A stretch of DNA of 49,189 bases from Microcoleaceae cyanobacterium (GCA_051652765.1 JBOFUV010000082.1:1-49189); one strand, 5' to 3'; shown: positions 9,436 through 17,395, counted from the first letter of the stretch. Notes: generated by a model not told the origin, from the sequence alone. A program made the numbers and translations.

Positions 9436-9560
9436 TGACCTAGGCGAGCTGACTGTTTCTTAACTCAGCAAAACGACCAGCGCAGATGATGCAAGCCCTC
9501 TCTCAACATAGTCAGTCGCCCTTCGGTTCAACTCCACAGGGAAGCTATGGTGCGCTGGCA

Positions 9561-9646
9561 AGATAACGGTTAAACTCACCCGCCGTCATTAACTTTGGAT
9601 GATAGGATCAATTTAACTTGCGGTCGGGTGCAGTGATTTGTTATAC
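9561..9646 (-). mobile_element. Integron attC site (end of cassette 1)
   Basis: Minus strand GTATAAC-aaatcactgcacccgaccgc...gacggcgggtgagtttaacc-GTTATCT; 86 bp; arms nearly identical to the 9347-9435 site. Confidence 0.92.
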
Positions 9647-9722
9647 GTTTCTAGCCGCATACACGCAACTCCAATTGACCGAATTAATGAAATCCGTTTC
9701 TCCAAGTTTCCTACATTTTGCC

Positions 9723-10577
9723 TTATTTCATCACTCTTCTTGCATAATCTTCGATTGTCACCGTTCCTTCTATGTGATTTTCTGTTTCAAAGGTTAGGTG
9801 GTTACTATTGATTCCACGATTTAGCTCAACCATCATTTCGGCATCTCGCTGGCTGCAAAAGGTTTTAAAAATGTCTAGCCATTGATTTTCGGGAATGGCA
9901 ATCGCTTTAACTTTTTTGCCCAAAACTTTAGAAAATGCCTCGGTAACATCGTTTGGGGAATATAAAAAACCTGCCAATTCTTTGATTTGCATACCTTCCG
10001 AAGTTTCCAACATCGCCTCCGCTGCTACGCAACCAATATCTTCTGTGGCGATCTGCGGATATTTCTTATCGAGTGGTTGTAGGAAACTCGGCAAAACACC
10101 TTCACTTTTCACCGATTCTAGTACCGAATTCCAGTTTTCCATAAAACTCGACGCACGAACGAATGTGGTCGGAATTTCTGAATCTTTAAATGCTTGTTCA
10201 AGTAGATGAACCGTGCCAATGACTCCCGTACCGCTTGGAAGATGTGCACCAATTGAAGACAGAATAACTAACTTTTTGAGCGAAGAATTTTCAATTGCCG
10301 TTTGAAAGGCTTTAATAACCTTTTTGGTTTCTTCAAACATATTTTCCGATTGATAATTCGGCGGGTTCATCAAATACAAAACCTTTCCGCCTCCAAGAGC
10401 CTGGGTCAGTGCGTCTGCATCCTGCACATCGGCAATCGCTACCTCTGCTCCCAAATTTTTCCAATCCTTTCCCTTTTCTTCGCTCCGCACAATTACCCGC
10501 ACGGGCAAACCCTTTTCTAACAGTGATCGAGCCACTACAGAACCCGTTTGTCCAGTTGCTCCTGATACGATATACAT
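9723..10577 (-). CDS. NmrA-family NAD(P)H-binding oxidoreductase (cassette gene)
   Basis: Rossmann motif YIVSGATGQTGS; GGAGGG RBS before ATG 10577. Confidence 0.92.
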   Translation of the reverse strand: MYIVSGATGQTGSVVARSLLEKGLPVRVIVRSEEKGKDWKNLGAEVAIADVQDADALTQALGGGKVLYLMNPPNYQSENMFEETKKVIKAFQTAIENSSLKKLVILSSIGAHLPSGTGVIGTVHLLEQAFKDSEIPTTFVRASSFMENWNSVLESVKSEGVLPSFLQPLDKKYPQIATEDIGCVAAEAMLETSEGMQIKELAGFLYSPNDVTEAFSKVLGKKVKAIAIPENQWLDIFKTFCSQRDAEMMVELNRGINSNHLTFETENHIEGTVTIEDYARRVMK

Positions 10578-10653
10578 AGATTTGCCCTCCAATCTCATGT
10601 TCTAAAAACTTAGTTACGAAATTGACATTAGAGCAACAAATTACTAAAGTAAA

Positions 10654-10675
10654 GTAGTTTCCGTTTAGTAACTAC
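10654..10675. promoter_or_regulatory. Putative HxlR-family operator
   Basis: Imperfect palindrome GTAGTTTC-N6-GTAACTAC between the divergent regulator and oxidoreductase. Confidence 0.5.
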
Positions 10676-10681
10676 CCTAAA

Positions 10682-11008
10682 ATGTCTAATCTCATGCCAG
10701 AACCTAATTGTTGTCCGCTAGAAATATTACTTAGCCACCTTGCTGGGCAATGGACGCTCTATATTATCTGGGTTCTTACAACTAATGGTGAATTACGCTT
10801 TGGAGAGTTAAGGCGTAAAGTTGAGGGTATTTCCACAAAGGTACTTACGGAGCGTTTACGAATGCTAGAGTCACAGCATATAGTAAATCGCTACCATGAA
10901 CCTACAATTCCTCCCCAAGTTACCTACAGCTTGACTGATCGCGGTAAAGAACTCTCTGAGTCTCTGGGTCTTCTCTATAACCTTGCTGTTCGTTGGTATG
11001 GCAATTAA
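10682..11008 (+). CDS. HxlR/DUF24 winged-helix transcriptional regulator (cassette gene)
   Basis: CP..L..LAGQWT..II, LRFGEL, GISTKVLTERLRMLE, PPQVTYSLT; N-terminal Cys-Cys. Confidence 0.93.
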   Translation: MSNLMPEPNCCPLEILLSHLAGQWTLYIIWVLTTNGELRFGELRRKVEGISTKVLTERLRMLESQHIVNRYHEPTIPPQVTYSLTDRGKELSESLGLLYNLAVRWYGN

Positions 11009-11021
11009 GGTCTTAATCATC

Positions 11022-11258
11022 GCATAACTAGTTATTATATTGAAATTTTCTGCATAACCAACGCTTTTGGGATGATTACCCTGAAACTTTCCATATAATC
11101 CACCCTAATACTGCAACTATACTGAAACTTTCTGGGTATACATCCTAAATTTGAGGATTATCCTGAAATTTTCCGTATATTCTCAGGATGAAACACAGCA
11201 ATGTTCGGCCTAACATCGATTTATTCGGAGGATTACCTTGAAATTTTCTGTATAAACC
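11022..11258 (-). mobile_element. Putative attI region with repeated palindromic boxes
   Basis: Core GTTATGC on the minus strand (11028-11022), second core GTTAGGC (11214-11208); TGAAAYTTTCY boxes at 11041, 11082, 11123, 11164, 11239; lies between the first cassette and the intI start. Confidence 0.7.
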
Positions 11259-11262
11259 CCAA

Positions 11263-11346
11263 ATGGAACAACGCCCGAAAAAGCTGCTGGATCAGGTGCG
11301 CGATGCGATTCGGCTCAAGCACTATGATAGAAGAAGCTATTTCTAG
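11263..11346 (+). pseudogene. intI: Truncated integron integrase (N-terminal 21 codons only)
   Basis: Translates MEQRPKKLLDQVRDAIRLKHY-DRRSYF*; KLLDQVR..IR.KHY is the IntI N-terminal signature, normally continuing S.RTE..Y..W; divergent from the cassettes. Confidence 0.85.
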
Positions 11347-11422
11347 ATCAATAATTGAATAGATCCGTAGCGGGTTACGTTTAAGTTCAGATTGATCGTT
11401 CATCAAACCCGCGTTGATCTAA

Positions 11423-11464
11423 CTTCACTCCCTTTTTCTATGGTTCTTCAAACGGATTTGATAT
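11423..11464. mobile_element. Right-end fragment of a MITE
   Basis: 37/42 nt identical to 14236-14277, ending CAAACGGATTTGATAT. Confidence 0.75.
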
Positions 11465-11744
11465 AGCTTGAGAGGCGATCGCTGAATGTTTAATTCTGCC
11501 GACTTACCTTTCAAGCTGAATACCATAAATCTATCTGTTACTAGAGTGAATCAGCCTAGCTTTTGTTAAGGGAGTGCCGTTCGAGTAGCCCGTCCTTGGG
11601 ATATAGACGGCAGGGCATGGGCGAGGTTTTTTAATCGGTGAGGCAGAACGTGAGGGTTAATGCTGCGGCATCCTCCTCGTTCAGTACTTTATTTGACTGA
11701 AAATTGCTATATGATGACCTAAGCTGTCATCCTTGGAGGATTTT

Positions 11745-13424
11745 ATGCGAGCTTTACTGATTTATCCCATTTTTCCGAAGAGCTTCTGGTCATTTGAGAA
11801 AGCTTTAGCTCTTACAAATCGTAAAGCATTGCTTCCCCCATTAGGGCTAATTACAGTTGCGGCGATTCTGCCTCAAACTTGGGAATTCAGACTCGTTGAT
11901 CGCAATGTTGGACAAATTACCGAAGCAGATTGGGACTGGGCCGAGCTTGTAATTTTGTCAGCAATGCTGGTGCAAAAGGAAGATTTCCGGGATCAAATCC
12001 AGGAGGCCAAACAGCGAGGAAAATCCGTTGCTGTAGGTGGTCCCTATCCGACCGCTTTACCGGAAGAAACTGAAACAACTGGAGCAGATTTTTTAATCCT
12101 AGATGAAGGGGAAATTACCCTGCCAATGTTTGTATCTGCCATCGAACGCGGGGAAACTCAGGGGGTATTTCGGTCTGATGGAGTTCGGCCAGATGTGACT
12201 GGAACCCCAATTCCTCGCTTTGATTTGCTTGAGAAAGAGGCTTACGATATGATGGCGCTGCAATTCTCTCGCGGCTGTCCATTCCAATGTGAGTTTTGTG
12301 ACATTATTGTGCTCTATGGGCGTAAACCTCGAACCAAAGCCCCTGAACAACTGATTGCCGAACTAGATCGGTTATTAGAACTAGGATTTGAGCAAGGAAT
12401 TTTCTTAGTTGATGATAACTTCATTGGCAACAAACGCAACGTCAAATTGTTGCTTCCGGCAATCAAAGAGTGGATGCAGCGCAATCATTATCCCTTCCGA
12501 ATTTTAACAGAAGCTTCAGTGGATTTAGCGCAAGATCCTGAACTCATGGATCTGATGGTTGAGGCCAATTTCTATGCAGTTTTCTTGGGAATTGAAACCC
12601 CAGATGAATCCAGTCTGGCTCTGACTCTCAAGTTCCAAAATACCCGCGACTCCTTGAGCGAATCGGTGAACTTGATTACCCAAAAAGGGCTGCGGGTGAT
12701 GGCAGGATTTATTGTTGGATTTGATGGTGAGAAGTCAGGAGCAGGCGATCGCATTGTTCAGTTTGTCGAAAAGACAGGGATTCCAATTGCCATGTTCAGC
12801 ATGTTGCAAGCCCTGCCCAATACAGCACTTTGGCATCGCCTGAACCGAGAGGGACGGTTACTGGAGCAAACTGGAAACGTTAACCAGACTACCTTGATGA
12901 ACTTTATTCCAACCCGTCCGATGGCAGAAATTGCTCAGGAATATGTTGAGGGATTCTGGCAAATTTACGACCCTCAACAGTTCCTGGATCGCATCTATCG
13001 CTACTATCTCATGTTAGGTACTGCCAGCCCTATGAATGCAGTTAAAAACCTGGATAAAAAATCAAATAAAAAGTCAGTGAGCCTCATCACCCAGCTCTTA
13101 AATTGGACAATACTCCGGGCACTTTTTACGATCTTTTGGCGACAAGGTATCCTCCGAAAAACTCGCTGGACATTCTGGACTTATTTGTACAACATCATCC
13201 AAAAAAATCCCAAATTTTGGTCAGATTATTTAAAAATGTGCGCTCAGTTTGAGCATTTTTATGACTATCGTCAGGTTGTTCGAGACAATATTGAAACTCA
13301 GTTGGCTGAATTTTTAACGCAGCAGCAAGCGCTTCAATATAGAAGTGTTGAAGTGAGTAATGCTGAAATGAATGTTGAAGTGAATGTTGAAGTGAATGTT
13401 GAAGTGAGCAAATTTGTAGCCTAA
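11745..13424 (+). CDS. Cobalamin-binding radical SAM protein (DUF4070 type, class B methylase-like)
   Basis: PPLGL, VAVGGPYPT B12-binding domain, SRGCPFQCEFC CxxxCxxC; GGAGG RBS before ATG 11745. Confidence 0.92.
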   Translation: MRALLIYPIFPKSFWSFEKALALTNRKALLPPLGLITVAAILPQTWEFRLVDRNVGQITEADWDWAELVILSAMLVQKEDFRDQIQEAKQRGKSVAVGGPYPTALPEETETTGADFLILDEGEITLPMFVSAIERGETQGVFRSDGVRPDVTGTPIPRFDLLEKEAYDMMALQFSRGCPFQCEFCDIIVLYGRKPRTKAPEQLIAELDRLLELGFEQGIFLVDDNFIGNKRNVKLLLPAIKEWMQRNHYPFRILTEASVDLAQDPELMDLMVEANFYAVFLGIETPDESSLALTLKFQNTRDSLSESVNLITQKGLRVMAGFIVGFDGEKSGAGDRIVQFVEKTGIPIAMFSMLQALPNTALWHRLNREGRLLEQTGNVNQTTLMNFIPTRPMAEIAQEYVEGFWQIYDPQQFLDRIYRYYLMLGTASPMNAVKNLDKKSNKKSVSLITQLLNWTILRALFTIFWRQGILRKTRWTFWTYLYNIIQKNPKFWSDYLKMCAQFEHFYDYRQVVRDNIETQLAEFLTQQQALQYRSVEVSNAEMNVEVNVEVNVEVSKFVA

Positions 13425-13494
13425 ACAGGGGTTGTAGAATGGGTAGAGCGGGAGAAAAATCAGTTAATTTTTATACCCTGATCTAAAGTTACCA

Positions 13495-14016
13495 ATGAAC
13501 TTACCCAACTGGATCACCCTTTCTCGGCTAGTCAGTGTGCCATTTTTGCTCTATGGTTTACATGATTCAACGGTGACTGGCCGCTGGGTTTGCTTGGTGA
13601 TTTTTTTGACTGCTGCGGGAACTGATTGGCTCGATGGTTACCTGGCCCGTCGCTTAAATCAGGTTACGGATTTGGGCAAATTCCTTGATCCGCTGGTGGA
13701 CAAACTTCTGGTTTTAGCGCCCTTACTCGCCTTAATTGAATTGGGTGAAATTCCAGCTTGGGGAGTATTTTTAATCCTAGGGAGAGAATTGGCGATCGCG
13801 GGCTGGCGTGTCAACCAAACAACTATTTCTGGAGCTAATCTCTGGGGCAAATTAAAAACAGTGGTTCAGATTATTGCCATTAGCTTTTTAATTGCGCCTC
13901 TTCCAGAAGTTTGGACTGTCCCGACTTTAGTTCTGTTCTGGGCTGCCGTGATCTTGACCCTAGGTTCAGGAGCTATTTATCTCTGGCCTCAATCCCCTAG
14001 TCATTCACCTGAGTAG
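13495..14016 (+). CDS. pgsA: CDP-diacylglycerol--glycerol-3-phosphate 3-phosphatidyltransferase
   Basis: MNLPNWIT..R, TDWLDGYLARR..QVTDLGKFLDPLVDKL, GKLKT. Confidence 0.96.
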   Translation: MNLPNWITLSRLVSVPFLLYGLHDSTVTGRWVCLVIFLTAAGTDWLDGYLARRLNQVTDLGKFLDPLVDKLLVLAPLLALIELGEIPAWGVFLILGRELAIAGWRVNQTTISGANLWGKLKTVVQIIAISFLIAPLPEVWTVPTLVLFWAAVILTLGSGAIYLWPQSPSHSPE

Positions 14017-14017
14017 G

Positions 14018-14277
14018 AAGTCAATTTTAATAATGAGGCTTGGGGCTTAAGCCCCAAACCCATTGCACCCAACTAGATTGAAATTGATATATCTAATTGA
14101 TATATCTAGTAGTGTCCTAGTTTGTAGTCGGCCCTTCACTGTTCAAGCCCTGACTACAAACTCATATCAAATTTGGCTGATTGCTGGTGATCAGGGAAGT
14201 ATGAAGGCTTGACCTCCACGAAGGGGGCTAGCCCCCTTCACCCCCTTTTTCTGCAGTTATTCAAACGGATTTGATAT
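14018..14277. mobile_element. Cluster of miniature repeats: TIR element ~14018-14090, REP-like hairpin ~14122-14162, MITE 14164-14277
   Basis: TCAATTTTAAT/ATTGAAATTGA ends; AGTTTGTAGTC/GACTACAAACT hairpin; ATATCAAAT...ATTTGATAT TIRs with internal AAGGGGGCTAGCCCCCTT palindrome. Confidence 0.7.
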
Positions 14278-14315
14278 CAGCAAAATTGGCTGGACAAATC
14301 ACTAGCGTGGAGATC

Positions 14316-15989
14316 CTAAACCAAGCTAAAGTTGCTTTCGGAGAAATTAGCCTGATTTTCAACTTCTGTTTGATTGGTTAGGTTCGCTAGGGCGCTGATA
14401 TTGCCTCCATCCCCTAGGTCTTCTGAGTAAATCAGGCGGCTAATGCCCAAGGTACTGTTGAAGTAGAGGAACACACCCTCATTGGCCGTAATTGCGTCGT
14501 TACTAGCGATCGCCTGAGCTGCTAGTCCTGCATTCCCAAAGGCTCCCTGGAGGACGATAACGTTGGCATTTTCGGTAATATCGCCAATCTCAGCATTTTG
14601 GAACTGAATTTCCCCAATCCCAAGGTCAGCCGTATTCAGCCCAAACTGATCCCGTGAAATTTTGAAATCAGTCAGAATATCTGGGATATTGAGGCCAATA
14701 ATGCCTGTATTGGGAATCGGGTTCGGGGTGCCATTCGCGAAGACATCCCCAGAGAAGACGAACTGATCAGCGCCAGCTCCCCCAGTTAGAGTGTCAACCC
14801 CCGTGCCCCCATCAAGCACGTCATTGCCTTCACCGCCAGAGAGGTTATCGTTGCCTTCGCCGCCACTGAGAAGATCAACCCGACGACCACCGATTAGCAC
14901 GTCATCCCCTGGGCCGCCATCTGCCACAATTGGTGTTCTGGCTTGACTCGCGTCCAGAGTATCGTTGCCTTCACCGCCGGAGAAGTTAATCTGTTTAACA
15001 TCAGTCGCTCTCAAATCTCCCACAACAAAACTATCATCGCCGCCCGCTCCAGCAACAACAAAGGTTTCAGAGGTGTCAACCGTCAGGGTAAACTTGCCTA
15101 AGTTCACTCGATCGAAGATGGCCAGTTTCCCAGACTGATTCAGGACAAATTCATCCCCTTGGTCTAGAGAACCTTCGACTCCCACCACATCAGTGCCTTG
15201 ATTGCCACTAATGCGATCGCTGCCGTCGCCATCAGCCCAGACCAGAATATCGTCACCCTTGCCACCGATCATGGTGTCATCCCCTTTATTACCATCGACA
15301 AAGTCGTTGCCGTCACCTCCGGTCAGGGTATCATCGGCGCTGCCCCCGATCAGGTTATCAGTTCCGGCTCCGCCATCAGCCTCAAGAGCAGTGGTGGCCT
15401 CTTCTCCATTCAGGGTATCGTTACCATCGCCCCCAGTGAAGAACACAGTTTTAACGTCGGTTCCCGTCAGATCCTGAACCTCAAAGGAATCATCTCCACC
15501 GAGACCATTCACTTCAAAGCGCTCTACATTGTTGGCATCTAGACCAAAGCCGACTAAGTTTAACCGTTCAAACAGGGCGCGATCGCCATTGGCGGTTAGC
15601 TGAAACTCATCCCCCTGATCAACAGAGCCGTTGACCTCTGCGACATCAGAACCTGATCCCCCTTCCAGTAGGTCACTTCCGTCACCATTATTCCAGACTA
15701 GGCGGTCATTTCCAGCTTCCCCAAACATTTGGTCATTCCCTCGGTTGCCTACGAGAGTGTCATTGCCAACAGCCCCTTTGAGCTGATCATCTCCCTCGCC
15801 TCCGAGGAGTAGGTCATCTCCCAAATTGCCGAATAAAAGATCGGCATCGTCGCCACCATCTAAGGTGTCATTGCCGTCACGACCCTGAAGTGTATCTAAT
15901 CCCTCTTCTCCGAGGATCAGGTCGTTGCCATCGGTGCCAATTAGTCTTTCGTTGATGTTGGTGCCAGTAATAGTTGTAGCCTGAGTCAT
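14316..15989 (-). CDS. RTX / hemolysin-type Ca-binding secreted protein
   Basis: Many GGxGxDxLx nonapeptides; internal ~120-aa duplicated module; purine-rich RBS before ATG 15989. Confidence 0.9.
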   Translation of the reverse strand: MTQATTITGTNINERLIGTDGNDLILGEEGLDTLQGRDGNDTLDGGDDADLLFGNLGDDLLLGGEGDDQLKGAVGNDTLVGNRGNDQMFGEAGNDRLVWNNGDGSDLLEGGSGSDVAEVNGSVDQGDEFQLTANGDRALFERLNLVGFGLDANNVERFEVNGLGGDDSFEVQDLTGTDVKTVFFTGGDGNDTLNGEEATTALEADGGAGTDNLIGGSADDTLTGGDGNDFVDGNKGDDTMIGGKGDDILVWADGDGSDRISGNQGTDVVGVEGSLDQGDEFVLNQSGKLAIFDRVNLGKFTLTVDTSETFVVAGAGGDDSFVVGDLRATDVKQINFSGGEGNDTLDASQARTPIVADGGPGDDVLIGGRRVDLLSGGEGNDNLSGGEGNDVLDGGTGVDTLTGGAGADQFVFSGDVFANGTPNPIPNTGIIGLNIPDILTDFKISRDQFGLNTADLGIGEIQFQNAEIGDITENANVIVLQGAFGNAGLAAQAIASNDAITANEGVFLYFNSTLGISRLIYSEDLGDGGNISALANLTNQTEVENQANFSESNFSLV

Positions 15990-16416
15990 GATGAAGTCCT
16001 TCCTTAGTGGCTGAATGGTTGAACTAGACGTGTGACATTGATTTGATGTCAAGGCGCACAAAAACCCGCCGCTGTCAGACTATGCTGACGCTGAACCTAG
16101 ATGTTGGTCTTGACTGTTAAACGCTGCTGACAGCAGCGGAACGAATGCTTGGGCTTGGAAGCAGGAACAAAGGCTCCGGAGAATTGCACCTTGCTTTCCT
16201 CGCTCTGTAAGTAGTACAGGAGCTAACCTCAGTTGGATTTAAATTCCAGTAAAATTTTTTTAGACTGGGTTTGATGAATTGCCTTAATGCTCCGACAGAA
16301 GCCTTGAAGAGTTTGTGAGCATTAAGGTGCTTAGGCTCAGAGCTAATGGATGAAGAGCGATGGGTAAATCGATCATCTCTGTCCAGTGCTACTGAAAGAG
16401 GTATCGGTGCTCAATG

Positions 16417-16527
16417 TCTAAAAGTAATTATCTAAAAGTAATTACCGAAAAGTAATTGTCAAAAAAAAATTACCGAAAAGTAGTTGCCAGAAGACAATTG
16501 CCAAAAAGTAAATGTCAAAAATAATTG
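16417..16527. repeat. 14-bp tandem repeat (YCNAAAAGTAATTR) x8
   Basis: Units in exact 14-bp register from 16417. Confidence 0.88.
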
Positions 16528-16596
16528 CTTCTATCTAGAAGGTGCGTCTAATGCTTGGAGGAATCCTAACAACAAAACTAGTTAGGCGTTTTTTGC

Positions 16597-16848
16597 TCAA
16601 CGATAATCGACTTCGGGCTGAGGGAGGGGTTGCAGTTCAAAGTTAGAGGGGTCGTAGATATAGCGGAACGTTTCTTCCTCGAGGCGATTAATGAGGTGAG
16701 GTTCTAAGGCATTGACATGCTTTAGAGCCGCTAAATACCCATCAACGTAGAGCCGTAAATCATCATACCGATACCCCCGATTCCACATTTCGACAAGGGC
16801 ATCAGTCAACTTTTGATAGTGGCGTATGGTAGGAGCATCCTGAAGCAT
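16597..16848 (-). CDS. Conserved cyanobacterial small protein (DUF6761-like)
   Basis: MLQD..TIRHYQKLTDALVE.W.RGYR..DLRLY.DGYLAAL; typically divergent from the adjacent response regulator. Confidence 0.85.
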   Translation of the reverse strand: MLQDAPTIRHYQKLTDALVEMWNRGYRYDDLRLYVDGYLAALKHVNALEPHLINRLEEETFRYIYDPSNFELQPLPQPEVDYR

Positions 16849-17395
16849 AGTCTAAATCTTGTAGATTGTGAAAGTCTAATTAACTAAGCTGATTAACTCA
16901 GGCTGATTAACTCAGAAAGTGAATCAATGGATTAAAAAAAGTAAAGTATAAAAACCGAGTCTCTAACCAGTGGATTCAGCCTTAAACAGACTGTCTCAGT
17001 AGAAACCCGAACTCTGAGATCCTAATTTTAGCTCAGCCCTTTACAAATCAGTAAGGTGCAGCATGACTGCGCCCCTCCCCAACACGCTCAAAACAAACAC
17101 CCTCTACAATCAAATCAGTAATCAAGTCAGTTGAGAAAACTTGAAGTCCTCACTCTATTTCCGCCAGACTCAGATCCAGCAACCCCATCAAGAGAGCGTT
17201 AGAATGAAGCTTAAAGCTAAATCTGCTCTAAACTTAGTTTACCCAAGACACTCCTTCATTCTAACGGGTTAACCTGTTGATCTGCTTGGCAAAGCTCTCT
17301 AACCGTCTGAAATGTAAGGGGTAGCGTCAGTTACAAAATTGCATGAATTAGCTCTGCTAACCTTAAGTCCATGTAAATACTGGAAGCTGGAACTT

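Noticed and set aside
9347..9646. Paired palindromes read as REP/MITE or terminators
   Set aside because: AAC/GTT cores, asymmetric extrahelical bases, common orientation and the adjacent intI stub fit attC better
11029..11258. 41-bp periodic repeats read as a mini-CRISPR array
   Set aside because: Units are degenerate, the gaps are too short and partly similar, and they sit in the attI position
7912..11474. Absence of HIP1 as proof of foreign origin of the integron
   Set aside because: Gaps of similar or greater length occur elsewhere in the window, so it is weak evidence alone
11560..11744. Cobalamin riboswitch before the B12-binding gene
   Set aside because: No B12-box or GGGAA/GCCACTG-type core visible
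11745..13424. Assignment as hpnP or bchE
   Set aside because: Family-level motifs only; cannot be resolved without a phylogeny
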